Positions 29,301 through 40,284 are shown, counted from the stretch's first letter. The stretch is 64,000 nt of DNA from Eledone cirrhosa (GCA_964016885.1 OZ024754.1:31372001-31436000); one strand, 5' to 3'. The notes: generated by a model from the letters alone, not told the origin. Made by a program: numbers and translations.

Positions 29301-31917
29301 ACCCAACTATGTTTACAGTGGTATATTCCCCACCCAACTATATTTACAGTGGTATATTCCCCACCTAACTATATTTACAGTGGTATATTCCCCACCCAAC
29401 TGTTTACAGTGGTATATTCCCCACCCAACTATGTTTACAGTGGTATATTCCCCACCCAACTATGTTTACAGTGGTATATTCCCACCCAACTATATTTTCA
29501 GTGGTATATTCCCCACCTAACTATATTTACAGTGGTATATTCCCCACCTAACTATATTTACAGTGGTATATTCCCCACCCAACTATGTTTACAGTGGTAT
29601 ATTCCCCACCCAACTATATTTACAGTGGTATATTCCCCACCCAACTATATTTACAGTGGTATATTCCCACCCTAACTATATTTACAGTGGTATATTCCCC
29701 ACCTAACTATGTTTACAGTGGTATATTCCCCACCTAACTATGTTTACAGTGGTATATTCCCCACCCAACTATGTTTACAGTGGTATATTCCCCACCTAAC
29801 TATATTTACAGTGGTATATTCCCCACCCAACTATATTTACAGTGGTATATTCCCCACCTAACTATATTTACAGTGGTATATTCCCCACCCAACTATGTTT
29901 ACAGTGGTATATTCCCCACCTAACTATGTTTACAGTGGTATATTCCCCACCTAACTATGTTTACAGTGGTATATTCCCCACCTAACTATATTTACAGTGG
30001 TATATTCCCCACCCAACTATATTTACTGTGGTATATTCCCCACCTAACTATATTTACAGTGGTATATTCCCCACCCAACTATATTTACAGTGGTATATTC
30101 CCCACCTAACATCATCTGGAGTCATTGTCCATTATCCATAGTTTGGTTTAGTTTTTTTATTTAATCTAATTTCTCTTTGATATTGAGTGTTCTCCTCCCC
30201 TTCTTCTAGGTCAGAGAGACAGCTTCAGAGACCCTTAGTGGCTTGCTTCATTGTGGTTTCCTCAGAATTGATGATGACCTCTTAGTAAGTAAACATTTCA
30301 ATATTTTGTTTTTCTGTAATTGAAATCACTACAATCAAGGACCATGGCCAACATCTAGGCAAATGCTTGAAGGATAGGGTAGTGGCATTCATTTGATAGT
30401 AAATAAGAAAATATATTTAGTTTGATAAATTTATAGATCTACACCTGTTTAACATTAGATGGGAAATTGAATTTGTTCCTATATTTTTGTGTTTTCAATG
30501 AATCTAACTCCTCAGAAATTACTCATTTAATAGAAAACGAAATATAAAGGAGCCACACAAAAATAAAACTAGGTAAAAAATGATTTCCCGTCGAATATGA
30601 AAGTCCTCCTCTATCACTAATTTCGTGCAATATTTGTGTTGAAACTATAAATTTATAATTTTCATTTTCAACTTTTTTTTTTATTTCAATATTTTTTTGT
30701 TTTTCTCGTTAATTTATACTGTTTTTCTTAACTCTTGCAGTCATCGTTTGAAAAACTTAGCTGTACCAAATTGAAAGTAGCAGGTGCAGATACAACCAGC
30801 TTGGAACGATTGGTTCAACGCCATGCTGGTGTGCTGGGTCTGTGTGCCTGTATCCAAGCCTATCCATATGAAGTACCACAGTTTGTGCCACAACTTCTCG
30901 TTGACATCAGCACACATGTCAATGATATACAGCCAATACAGGTGAGAAAATTAATTACTGCTACCTGTAGTGGTTTGTTGATCTCAGTATGTTTATGATT
31001 GATTTACAATGTACACACACACACATTGCAATCATGGAAATATGAACATAAATTGATGATGATACTATATAAATATATATATAAAGTATACATCGAAACT
31101 GAAGCTGTAATACAGCAGATACCAGTTGAATTGTTTGTGGCAGTCACAAAGCACTCAATGGTGTGAAAAGTTAATAAATATCTCACCCAGAGTTAATATA
31201 TAAAGTTATAAGGATGACACCATGAATATATCAACTAGGTATACGTAACCATAGTATATAACCTCAAATACCAACAGGTAGAAGGATAAACTCACCTGGA
31301 TGATACTATATATATCATAATCATCATATGTCCATTCTTCTATGGTTGGATGTGTCCTTTCTAAACAGACTCCCTCCAATTGCAGTGTTCTGATCTCTGT
31401 GATGTTCACCATTTTCACATCAGCTCTAATCACATCTGCCCCAGATTTTTCTAACAAATAACATTTTCCTTGCTTAAGCCGAGGTTAACTTTGCAGGGCT
31501 CATGACAGATTTTATATTGATACGTGTGGTCCTTTTTGGGGCAGGATTTACAGCCAGATACCTTTCCTGGTGCCAACCTTTTTAGTCGTCTTTTACAACA
31601 AACACATGTATGATCTCATCATCAAATGAATCCTTCAATAAGCATGAACTTTTACAGATGTCCAATAACCTCTGATCTATTTCCAATAACCCCTGATCTA
31701 TTTCCAATAAATCCTGATCTATTTCCAATAAATCTTGATCTATTTCCATTAAACTCTAATTGATTTTCATCTCCATCTTTAGCTGACAGTAAAGAAGGCT
31801 CTATCTAACTTCCGCCGTACTCATCATGATAACTGGCATGACCATAAACAGAAATTTACTGATGACCAGCTTCTTGTCCTCACAGACTTACTGGTTTCAC
31901 CAAATTATTATGCTTAA
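52..31917 (+). CDS. PSME4: Proteasome activator complex subunit 4 (PA200/Blm10), 3' part; 25 coding exons, 5' exons lie upstream of the window
   Basis: Manually spliced GT-AG exons keep one frame (3124 nt, about 1040 aa) and give recognisable PA200 motifs: [64 protein letters not shown], and C-terminal [12 protein letters not shown]. Confidence 0.96.
1993..2188. mobile_element. Mariner-like MITE
   Basis: TA-CGAGGGTCGGCTGAAAAATTCATAGGCT and an inverted AGCCTATGAAATTTTCGACCAAGCCTTG. Similar small elements at 22971-23081 and 53183-53335. Confidence 0.6.
2432..2487 (+). CDS. PSME4: PSME4 exon ([18 protein letters not shown])
   Basis: CAG acceptor and GTAATT donor; phases fit both neighbours; similarity is weak. 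Confidence 0.65.
2561..2755. mobile_element. TTAA-flanked piggyBac-like MITE
   Basis: Same TIR family, with TTAA on both sides. Confidence 0.78.
2895..3227 (-). mobile_element. tRNA-derived SINE (family A) with CORE-like middle and RTE-type (GAT)n tail
   Basis: On the minus strand: A-box-like TGGCTTACTGGTTAGAG, B-box-like GAGTTCAATTC, CCTTGAGCAAGACACTT, tail GGAAGGGCATCCAGC...GATGATGAT. Close copies at about 330-607 (-), 24115-24425 (+) and 7375-7550 (+). Confidence 0.8.
3365..3845 (+). mobile_element. RTE-clade LINE AP-endonuclease remnant
   Basis: [29 protein letters not shown] and YGSRNEE motifs, with a stop and frameshift. Confidence 0.85.
3943..4005 (+). CDS. PSME4: PSME4 exon ([20 protein letters not shown])
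   Basis: TTTTTTCCAG acceptor, GTGAGT donor, phase 1-1 fits the neighbours. Confidence 0.75.
4265..6172. repeat. 48-bp minisatellite, about 40 copies
   Basis: Unit ACACCAAAATGACCA(C/T)TTTACAATGTGTACTGGGTGCTTTTTATTGTA. Confidence 0.97.
6384..6439 (+). CDS. PSME4: PSME4 exon ([18 protein letters not shown])
   Basis: SEDDTKSL motif; CAG acceptor and GTAAGT donor. Confidence 0.92.
7912..8010 (+). CDS. PSME4: PSME4 exon ([33 protein letters not shown])
   Basis: FDxRWK motif; TAG acceptor and GTATGT donor. Confidence 0.92.
9091..9153 (+). CDS. PSME4: PSME4 exon ([21 protein letters not shown])
   Basis: Highly conserved RALLIDRV motif; TAG acceptor and GTTTGT donor. Confidence 0.94.
10050..10779. 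repeat. 52/48-bp minisatellite, about 14 copies
   Basis: Unit TTCATTACAACACTATTTGAGGTTCAACTAAACCTTTGATGTTTAATATCAA. Confidence 0.96.
10792..10887 (+). CDS. PSME4: PSME4 exon ([32 protein letters not shown])
   Basis: DLLxLSTSxYS motif; CAG acceptor and GTTAGT donor. Confidence 0.92.
11344..11469 (+). CDS. PSME4: PSME4 exon ([16 protein letters not shown]...EHKLK)
   Basis: AAG acceptor, GTCAGT donor, phase 0-0; continues YSE|VRKKSQ. Confidence 0.88.
12074..12265 (+). CDS. PSME4: PSME4 exon ([33 protein letters not shown]...FETPAIKIE)
   Basis: WPA(I/V) motif; CAG acceptor and GTAAGT donor; uses the third copy of a triplicated acceptor. Confidence 0.88.
12387..13045 (+). mobile_element. RTE LINE 3' fragment (ORF C-terminus plus 3' UTR)
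   Basis: [12 protein letters not shown]...GRPRKTW with an in-frame stop; the tail is shared with SINE family A. Second copy at 26841-27295. Confidence 0.85.
13385..13524 (+). CDS. PSME4: PSME4 exon ([14 protein letters not shown]...ERNKEFT)
   Basis: Strong pyrimidine tract with CAG, GTAAGA donor, phases fit. Confidence 0.85.
13997..14050 (+). CDS. PSME4: PSME4 exon ([17 protein letters not shown])
   Basis: TTTCAG acceptor, GTAAGT donor, phase 2-2. Confidence 0.85.
14543..16853. repeat. 73-bp minisatellite, about 32 copies, inside a MITE
   Basis: Unit ATTATATTTTCATGGTAAAGGCTTAACCTTACATAATTATCTCACATAACATTTACATTACTCTATATATACT. Confidence 0.97.
17629..17758 (+). CDS. PSME4: PSME4 exon ([19 protein letters not shown]...SINVRE)
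   Basis: LxWKF motif; CAG acceptor and GTACGA donor. Confidence 0.92.
17804..17973. mobile_element. TTAA-flanked piggyBac-like MITE
   Basis: CTCTTTAGCATTTA and TAAATGCTAAAGGG termini with TTAA flanks. Confidence 0.78.
18295..18542 (+). CDS. PSME4: PSME4 exon ([17 protein letters not shown]...[11 protein letters not shown])
   Basis: RxDNxWL and EKTHxGxYxWPK motifs; overlaps ORF 18331..18546. Confidence 0.95.
19265..20940 (+). mobile_element. 5'-truncated CR1-like LINE reverse transcriptase pseudogene
   Basis: [46 protein letters not shown] and TRGH motifs across three frameshifted ORFs; (ATT)n tail. Confidence 0.92.
20994..21189 (+). CDS. PSME4: PSME4 exon ([20 protein letters not shown]...[15 protein letters not shown])
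   Basis: LITFLxLExxKGKDKF-like motif; TAG acceptor and GTAAAT donor. Confidence 0.94.
21542..21706 (+). CDS. PSME4: PSME4 exon ([11 protein letters not shown]...[17 protein letters not shown])
   Basis: RCxxEIxAGxIxGxKHW motif. Confidence 0.94.
22170..22274 (+). CDS. PSME4: PSME4 exon ([35 protein letters not shown])
   Basis: VExxxDWG motif; CAG acceptor and GTACGT donor. Confidence 0.9.
23172..23263 (+). CDS. PSME4: PSME4 exon ([30 protein letters not shown])
   Basis: RDPRKL and EGGS motifs. Confidence 0.94.
23414..23545 (+). CDS. PSME4: PSME4 exon ([16 protein letters not shown]...YKNVRDRIG)
   Basis: QEWRV and YKNVRxRIG motifs. Confidence 0.95.
23928..24073 (+). CDS. PSME4: PSME4 exon ([16 protein letters not shown]...EENNFLK)
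   Basis: VLxYIF motif; strong pyrimidine tract. Confidence 0.88.
24848..25160. repeat. 41-bp tandem repeat, about 8 copies, at the head of a family-B SINE
   Basis: GACAGAATCATT recurs every 41 bp from 24855 to 25142. Confidence 0.92.
25389..25490 (+). CDS. PSME4: PSME4 exon ([10 protein letters not shown]...[12 protein letters not shown])
   Basis: CAG acceptor, GTGAGT donor, phase 1-1; leads into KT|ILKW. Confidence 0.82.
26718..26794 (+). CDS. PSME4: PSME4 exon ([25 protein letters not shown])
   Basis: ILKW motif; CAG acceptor and GTAAGT donor. Confidence 0.9.
26841..27295 (+). mobile_element. RTE LINE 3' end copy
   Basis: Near-identical to about 12595-13040; ends in GGACGTTAAACGATGATGAT. 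Confidence 0.8.
27515..27796 (+). CDS. PSME4: PSME4 exon ([17 protein letters not shown]...SWHAK...NERLE)
   Basis: SWHA and LQxxxFxN motifs; in frame with ORF 27626..27979. Confidence 0.92.
28047..30110. repeat. 31-bp minisatellite, about 66 copies
   Basis: Unit GTGGTATATTCCCCACC(C/T)AACTAT(G/A)TTTACA. Confidence 0.97.
30210..30284 (+). CDS. PSME4: PSME4 exon ([25 protein letters not shown])
   Basis: LE|VRExAxxTLSGLL motif. Confidence 0.94.
30741..30941 (+). CDS. PSME4: PSME4 exon ([11 protein letters not shown]...[20 protein letters not shown]...IQPIQ)
   Basis: Blm10/PA200 C-terminal domain motif RHAGVLGL. Confidence 0.96.
31783..31917 (+). CDS. PSME4: PSME4 last coding exon ([18 protein letters not shown]...VSPNYYA*)
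   Basis: Conserved C-terminus with the HbYX (YYA) proteasome docking motif; TAA at 31915-31917. Confidence 0.97.
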   Translation: MTVKKALSNFRRTHHDNWHDHKQKFTDDQLLVLTDLLVSPNYYA

Positions 31918-31940
31918 AACTGTTTCATTGACTAATATCA

Positions 31941-33502
31941 GTAAGTACTGTTTCTCTTGTTTTTAACCAGCCACATCAACATACTTCTGCCAATCGATGC
32001 AGAATTTGTGGTTTAATAAACTATAAATTCATCACTTTTTCTAATCATTTTCTTGTTTCATCAAAGCAAGCATGGTTCCACCACCTCCTCATCATCATCA
32101 TCACCACCTTCATCGCTGCCACCTTCATTGTCAGTCTGCTGTTCCATGCTTGCATGGGTTGGATGGGTCTTTTGCAGCACATCATCTCTCCACGCGTCAC
32201 ATTCCTTTGTCGTCTTCTCAGTGAGCTTCAGTAATTTGAAATCAGCTCTCACCACCTTCACCCAGATCCTCCTTTCCAGTAGCTACCTTTGACTGGGATT
32301 TCTAGGCAATTCTTCACCCAGCAATCATCATCCTTGGACATTACATGTCCAAACAAGCACAATCTGCTCTCTTGCACACTACATTGATTCCTCTTGTACC
32401 TAGTTTCCCTTTCAGTTCATCCATTCTTTGTCATTAACATTGTCATTAACATTGCACATCTATCAAAGCCATCGCATATCCTCTGCCTTCACTGTCCATG
32501 TTTTACTACCATGCAGCATTGCACTTTGCACACATCATACAGCCAACTTTTCATTCATAGGATGAGTGTATTTTATCATGGCATAAACACTAGGGAAGTT
32601 GTCATGTCTTTGACACAACTGAAGAACCCCCCACCCTACCTGACTCTTAGCTTCGCAGGATTTTTATGGCTGGATGCCCTTCCTATCACCAATCACTTTG
32701 CAGAGTGCACTGGGTGCATTTATTGCATAAATCACCTACACTGGAGAGGTTGTTATGCCTTGACACAACTTGAGGGTCCTCTCAGCCCTTTTGGCAAAGA
32801 TTCTACAGCAGGATGACCTTCCTAATGCCAACCACCTTGCAGAATGTAGTGGGTACATACTTTTTCCAAGCCTGGTACTTATCTTATCAATCTCTTTTTG
32901 TTGAACTGCTAAGTTACAGTGCATAAGCAGTAAACACATAACACAAACAAGAGGCTTCTGCACAGTTTCTGTCTACCAAATTTTACTCTTGAAGACATTG
33001 ATCAACCAGAAGCTATAGTAGAATAATACACTTGCCCAAAGTATCCTGCCATGGGGTTGAAGCCAAAACTAAGTGGTTTTCACGTGAACATCTATTACTT
33101 ATAATTCATTATACAAACAAGAGTGGGTGGGGTATTGTTATAATGGAGTGACACACCTGTTTTGTATATCTGTACGAAACGAGGGTAAAACCCAAGGTAT
33201 TCACCAGGTGTAATCCCAAACTACCAACGAGAGACTACAACAAGACTCCATACACACTGTTCCCCTTACAGATCACTTCAGTTCTTATTTATACACTGTT
33301 TACCTAGTCCACTTTCAGTTACACAGGGGTATTCAGGGTTTCTTCCCCCACAACAGTAATATAAATAGTTGTTTTTTAGAAAAGAAAATTATTAATTTTT
33401 GTTTAATAATTCAAATATATTCCATTATTGAAACAAAATATAATTCTACAATTTAATCTTCAATATTAAAAAAAAACTTTTTTTTTTCTTTTCTCTTTCC
33501 AG
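31941..33502 (+). other. Probable 3'-UTR intron of PSME4
   Basis: GTAAGT donor 23 nt after the stop; long pyrimidine tract plus CAG ending at 33502. Confidence 0.6.
32090..32560 (-). mobile_element. Degraded RTE LINE 3' fragment
   Basis: Minus strand reads ...CDAWRDDVLQKTHPTH, followed by the CCCATGCAAGCATGGAA...GATGATGAT tail. Confidence 0.6.
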
Positions 33503-33844
33503 ATTAAATGGAAAAAAAAACACAATTTGGTTTTTGGATCTTTCATTTGTTTGGTGAAGCCCCTTACATCTTGGAGAAGATTAATTTTTTTCCTGGTACA
33601 CACACACACACACACACACATACTTACATACACACATATATATATTTACACACACATTAAATTTGTTAAATCTGCAGTTTAGATCTTGGATTGTAAAAAT
33701 GACTTTCAAAAAGAAAAAAAAATCTACAAATATTTAAAAAATACTATAAAGTTTTGAAAACCATGTAATGTGAGTGTGTATGCGCACATACATATACAGA
33801 CACACTGGGAAAACGGACATTAAATGATGATGCGGATATAAATG

Positions 33845-33876
<32 letters not shown>

Positions 33877-35820
33877 TATGTGAAGAAAACAAATGAAAAC
33901 TAACTTGAATTATATTGGTAAGAAAGGAGACATCCGATTTGGGATAACGAAGAGGTTAACTCCAATATTCTATTAATATTTTAATTCCCATGTATGCTAT
34001 AAACAGTCCCAAAATTACAGTGGAAAGTTTGAGTTGTGGACTTATTTAATTGTGAATGTGATTTAGAGTGTTGGGTTGGAAGAGGAGGGAGAAGAGGAAT
34101 GTATTCTGACATTTAATACATAACAAATGTATTAGAGAAGAAATTGTCAAGTCAGCAACAAGAAAATGTGTGTGTATATATATGTATACATATATATATA
34201 TATATTCTGCATGGTGGGGGGCAGGAGAAAACAACCAATGACTAGAATAAAGAATTGGGTAGAGTATAATATAGTCATTTATTAAGAGCAAAAGAAATAT
34301 TTGATGATTGACGTGGGGCAGGCCCCCTTAGGGAATATTTTTTACTTGTGTTTAATCTGAGTAATTAATCAGCATAAACTTCCGGGGCCACAAGTCAGAC
34401 ATGAAATTTACCCCTGGTTAAGATAGACAGATAGATACTGTAAGAAATAAATAAATAGATAGATAGATCATTGGTGAGAGAGAGAGAGATAGGTAGAGGG
34501 TTTATACATAGAGAAGGATAGATATCTCCGGAAGGGGAACTCTTTAAAATCAGTGGGGGGGGGGGGGGGGGGGGGTGACAGATTACATATTTTTTTTATA
34601 AAGTCTCTATTTAAAAATAAAACAAAGAACTTCACAATTCATCTATGTCTGCATATTTAAGAAAGAAAAAGGATTGAATAGCAAAAGTAAGGGAGTGGCA
34701 GAAGACACTACATCCCAGTCAGAGCAGTATATCTCCCCTACATCCTACAGACAAAATGGCGGAGAAGGGCCATCAACACCCGCTACATCAACCGTTTTAT
34801 CTTGCAGGGTCCTTTTCTCATGCAGAATGCATGCCTCCTAGTTTTGATAAGGAAAACAGCAATTCAAGGAGCAGGGACACTAGAGGTCTCAAAAGTGACC
34901 CTCCATGAAAAAGAAACAGTTGTTCATGTCTTCGTCTCCCCGTTTTTACAGAATGTGGAAAAGATGGTGTACCATATATTTACCTCGATCAAATGGGAAT
35001 ATGGGGTGCGTGAGTTTCAATTTAGCTATGTGGACACGACTATCGATGAGGTGTTAAGAAATTTGTTTTACAATCATGATGTTCCAAGTTCAACCTCATT
35101 GTGGGACATCTTTGGGCAAGAGTCTTTTACCATTAACTTGGGTTAATGCAAGTATTCTCATTGAAATTATCATCATGTAGTTTGTTTTTTCTCATGAATA
35201 CTAAATACCCAGGGCTGCCTCATCTAATGTGTACTTTTTTTAAACCTTTCGTTGCAACATTTCTAATGAAAAGACACTACTTTTGATTTTCAAACAATTT
35301 TGGATATAATTAAGAATTTAATGTTAATTTAGTGAAATAACTTTCTCAATGATAAGTTGGTGTTTGGAACATTGCATAATGGTTCTTATATAAGATTATG
35401 ATGAAAGTTTATATATATATATATATAGACACACACACACACAGACAGACAGACAGACAGAGAGAGAGAGACTGATTCTACGAATGCACAAGTGAAACTC
35501 CAGAGTAACAAGGCTAACCTCTTACCCATATTGAATATGTGTGTAGAGTCTGTGGTGCTGAGACCGGGGAGACAACTAATCATGGGAGTAGTAAACACAT
35601 GGGGAGATGTAGAGTGGATATAAAGATTGCTGAACACACAAGCCAAAGCCACTTGGTACCGCCATCGGGATTTTATCTCTCTCTCCATATATATATAGTT
35701 ATGTAATAAACAACATATGTTGTTTATTACATAACTAATAAGCTCTGTAGCCTACATAGAGCACTCTCTTTTCCTTTACCTTTCCTACGGAAATACTTAA
35801 TTCAATTATATATATATATA

Positions 35821-36654
35821 CTAGCAGTGGTACCCGGCGTTGCACGGGATAAGGTATTTTGGAACGTGGGCCGCCAACAGACCTAATCGTGGAAAAACTG
35901 CATGCCTGGACAATATGTAAAGAAAATAAACCGAATACTAGATGGAACAGGAAAAATATAGGGGACCAAAAAGTTGAATTTTTTGATGTGCATAATATGC
36001 CTTGAAATTTCAGGAAAATCGGCTAGACGTAACGCCTCAAAAAGTCCCTAAAAAGCTGAAAAAATAAAGTTTTTCACCTAATGCGGGCCCTAGGCCATAA
36101 AAAAGGTTGGATTTTCTTTGCTCACGGTATGAAGAAGAGACTGACTAATACATAGTTACAATTTCAAGGAAATCGGTCTGACGTAACGACTCAAAAAACG
36201 CAGTTTTTCAACTAATGCGGTGATCATAAAGTTGAATTTTTTTATGTGCATAACATAAGTAATACACATGTAAACTTTGAAAAAAGTCGGTTGGGTACTT
36301 CTCGAGTTTTAGGGATTCAAACTCAGACACACACACACATATACAGACATCCTCGGGGAGGTGACGTAATGCAGACAGCCAGACATACAGACAGATATTA
36401 TAAGGGCGCGACGTTATATGTATGTATCTATCTAAAAAGAGAAAGACTAAGAATTATAGAGAGAGATCGCTAAATCGCCTAATGCGGTCCCTGGGGCATT
36501 GAAAATTTAAAATTTATTTTGCTCAGAACACTCCCTGAAACATAAGTATTACATGTGTAACGTTTGAAAACAGTCGGTTGGGTGTTTCTCGAGGTTTAGG
36601 GATTCAAACTCTCTCACACACACACACAGATATCCTCAGGTTTATATATATAGA
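35821..36654 (-). mobile_element. Non-autonomous Helitron
   Basis: Minus strand begins A|TCTATATATATAAA and ends with hairpin CCCGTGCAACGCCGGG followed by CTAG|T; internal duplicated blocks. Confidence 0.8.
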
Positions 36655-39600
36655 TATATAAACAAAGAGGGTGTGGTAAGATACCAGGTGGACCATAACG
36701 CACCAGAGTACTCAGTAGTAGAGTGAGGACCCCGATGGTTGAGCTCCGGCCGTTTTGAGAGCTAGGTTCGAACAGTTCGGATCTAGCTGTCGGGGTCCTG
36801 CCTCTTTTCCTATATATATATATATATATATGTCCAGAAATAGCCGTCGAAACGGCTTAAGCTATTAATTATAATTAATAGCTTATATGGTTTGGACACG
36901 TAACTCCGCCATATTGACATACGACGTTTCTATGACATTTCTTAAATATGACGGAGCCCATCCAACTTCTGAATACAGCAAATTTCTTCGAGAAAAGGAT
37001 TTTTAAAAAAATGAAGAATTGACACCAGTACCAGACTGGTATTTTTTTTATCGACCTTGAATGGATGAAAGGCAAAGTAGACATCAGCAGGATTTGAACT
37101 CAGGGCCGAAACGAATACCACAAAGTATTCTATTCGCCGTCTTAAAAATAAAAACATACCCCGAGAAAGGAAACTGGTTGGCAGGTGCACGGTATTCGAG
37201 AGAGACGCAGTTCGGTGACTGCCAACCACTTTTTTCCATTTCTAACGATATATTGATTTTCTAAGCTATTATTTACAACGATCGACTGTTGTTTTCTGCG
37301 TTTGGTATTCCCATATTTTCATAGAAAGAAACCTAGACGAGAGAAGATTCGTACACTTAATTATTACAGCAGAGAATGTTGGTGTTTCTAAATATGAGGT
37401 AAACGAAGACATCTTGGCTATTGTTTAGCCCCAGGCTAACCCTGGTTGAGCAGGTGTATGGTCAAACGCATTCCAGCCATTCTTTCTGGGATTATATTCC
37501 AAAACTAGACAATTCAATACTTGCTACATCTGTCGTGGAAATATATAGTGTTTCTGTTTGTATGGTTGACATGAACACAGCATGTTGGAATAGTTAAGAA
37601 GTTCGCATACTTATGCCTTGTAAGTTAAATTAGGTAGACGGAAACTGTTTGGAAGCCCAACTAATGGACAGTACCTGTAATTCAAAGGACCAGTCTTGTC
37701 ACACTCACACTGAATCTCTACGAATTACATCAAGGCTACTCGTTAATCTAACGAGCAGGCTATTCTGTTCATCGAACAACTGGTATACTCATCGTCGAAA
37801 CTGACGGCTGTCAGTCTCCAGTGAGTTAATAACAGGACACTGATTGAATTAACAAAACCAGGGGGAAAAACGATTTCAATTCTCTAGAGCGCTGGACTTC
37901 TCTCGGCAAAAGTCAGTGTGGATATAGCAGACAAAAGCACTCGTGACCACACCAAGTCGAATAGATGAATTTATTGTACAAAAGAGTCTTCTTTGAGAAA
38001 TGTTAAATTAATTTAATTTATTTTTCTGGTTCTAAGTTGGCTCTGAACCAAATTATTAAATTATCTATACGTGATCGCATCAAATGGCTAATGGGGAAAA
38101 TATTTAACGTGAGTGTCAAATACTCGCTCAAACATGTCATCAGACGATGTCTTTTAAAGATGTTTTATGTTGAATCAAACGTATCTTATTAATTTTATGT
38201 GAAAACAGCAATTTAAGGATTCTACATTTTAACATTTTATAAAACGGCGGAATTTTATAATTGGAATAAATTAGTTCAGATTATATTGTTTTAATTATAT
38301 TAGGTATCCTAGAGAAGCACCAAAATATTGTAATAAAAGGGTTGCAGTTTATTATTTCAGTAGATTGACATTGTGAGTTCAAATCCTGCCGAAGTTAGCT
38401 TCGCCTTTCATTCTTACGAGGTTGATAAAATAAAGTACCAGTAACGCGCTGGGGTCGATTTAATCGACTTTCCTCTTCCCTTGAATTGCTGGCCTTGTAC
38501 CTAATGTAGAAACCCTTATTTCGGTAGATTGACCGTATAGTTACGTTATGGGTTCAAACCCTGCAGAGGTTAGTTTTGCCATTCACCCTTACGGGGTCGA
38601 TAAAATAAAAGTACCAGTAATGCACTGGCGTCGATTTAATCGAATCCCCCCCTTCTCAAAATATTGTTGACCTTGTACCTAAATCAAAAACGATACTCTA
38701 ATGGCTACCCCCGTTATCAAACACTGCCTATTATTTTCAAATATTTTTTGAAAATAAAATATTTGGTGAGATTTAATAACTAACTTTCTCATTATTAAGT
38801 TAGTGTTTGGAACATAACTTAACAAAGGTTCTTACATAAAATGATGATGGAAGATCTGTTGGATAAATGTAAACACTTAAAAATAAACAGTTTTGTATTG
38901 TAGAACCAGGGTGGAGTTATCCAGCCTTTTGATATCAATAGTATCACTTATGAAGTTTTATTTTATTTTTATACTTCAACGGCCACCATGTTTTAAGCTG
39001 TCACTATATATTTTGCTTCTCTGATATATTTAGCTTATTAACTTCAGTTCAAATTAACCCTTTTGATTCTAAAACGCCTGAACCTACAACTTTAAAGTGT
39101 TTATATTTATCTAAAAACCTTCCATCATAATTTTATCTAAGAACCTTTAAGTGTTTCCCCGAGCACCAGCTTAATAACGAGAAAGTTTGTTATAGCACTA
39201 AATCTTCCCAAATTGTAATTATTTTCACAATTATTTAAAAATCATAGGCAGTGTTTTTCGGTGGAAATGCTTAAAGAGGGTTAAAGTATCATTTCTGAGG
39301 TTTCCGTCGCTATAGGGTTTGGTTAAATTAAGCATAGATGTTCGAATGACCACCCACTTGACTGACATATATCAACTTCAGTTTGAATTAATACTTTCAC
39401 AGACCACAATTAACTGTATAGAGACATCGTCATATTTCTATTTATTTAGGTCTAGACGGATAAAACAAATGCATTAATTCTTGTTAGAAAAAAAAAAATA
39501 TATATATATATGTGTGTAGAAGTTCTATTTAAATTGTTGGGATACAACAAGCAAATATTTTTATAACTGATATAAAGCACTCAAATTATTGAGTAAAAAT

Positions 39601-39796
39601 ACGATATATTAATAAATGGAAACTATATTTATAAAACCATATTTATTTCATTATACATATTCCAAGAACACCAAGTTAAATTATGGTGTGCTTTCATCAG
39701 ATAAAATATAATATAGACTATCCGGGAGCATCCAACAGAAATGGTCGCATTCTTTAAGGGTATGTCAATATTTATTTATAAAACTGCTCTATATTA

Positions 39797-39861
39797 TATT
39801 TTATCTGATGAAAGCACACCATAATTTAACTTGGTGTCCTTGAAATATGTATAATGAAATA
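39797..39861 (+). ncRNA. Minimal type I hammerhead ribozyme motif (Penelope-like)
   Basis: TATTTTAT-CTGATGA-AAGCACACCA-loop-TGGTGTCCTT-GAAA-TATGTA-TA-ATGAAATA. Confidence 0.7.
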
Positions 39862-40284
39862 AATATGGTTTTATAAATATAGTTTCCATTTATTAATATA
39901 TCGTATATATATATATATTAGAAAGTGAGGGTTTTTTACAAAATGAAAAATAACCGAGATGTCCTACACGAGTGAAAGTATAAAGAAAAAAAGATGAAAT
40001 CGAAAATGCAACTGGAGTTTTATTTTTTTTTTAATATATATATTTATTTGGTTCCTTTACCTGTTTTGCAGTTCTGCTTTTCAAAAGTAGAGTTGAGATG
40101 GAGGGTCTGTGGTTTTTCTCTCTATATATATATATTTCAGAAGATCCCGTTAAGGGCGAAAGCAGCGAATTTGTTCCCTTCTCTTCAAATTGTTGGCCTT
40201 GTACTTAAATAAAAAAAACATTACCCCCCAGACACACAACCACACACACACACATACACACCACTACAGTCACCATGTCCACAC

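Noticed and set aside
28046-29675. Multiple repetitive ORFs (VVYSPPNY...)
   Set aside because: 31-bp minisatellite in a PSME4 intron; frames rotate with each unit.
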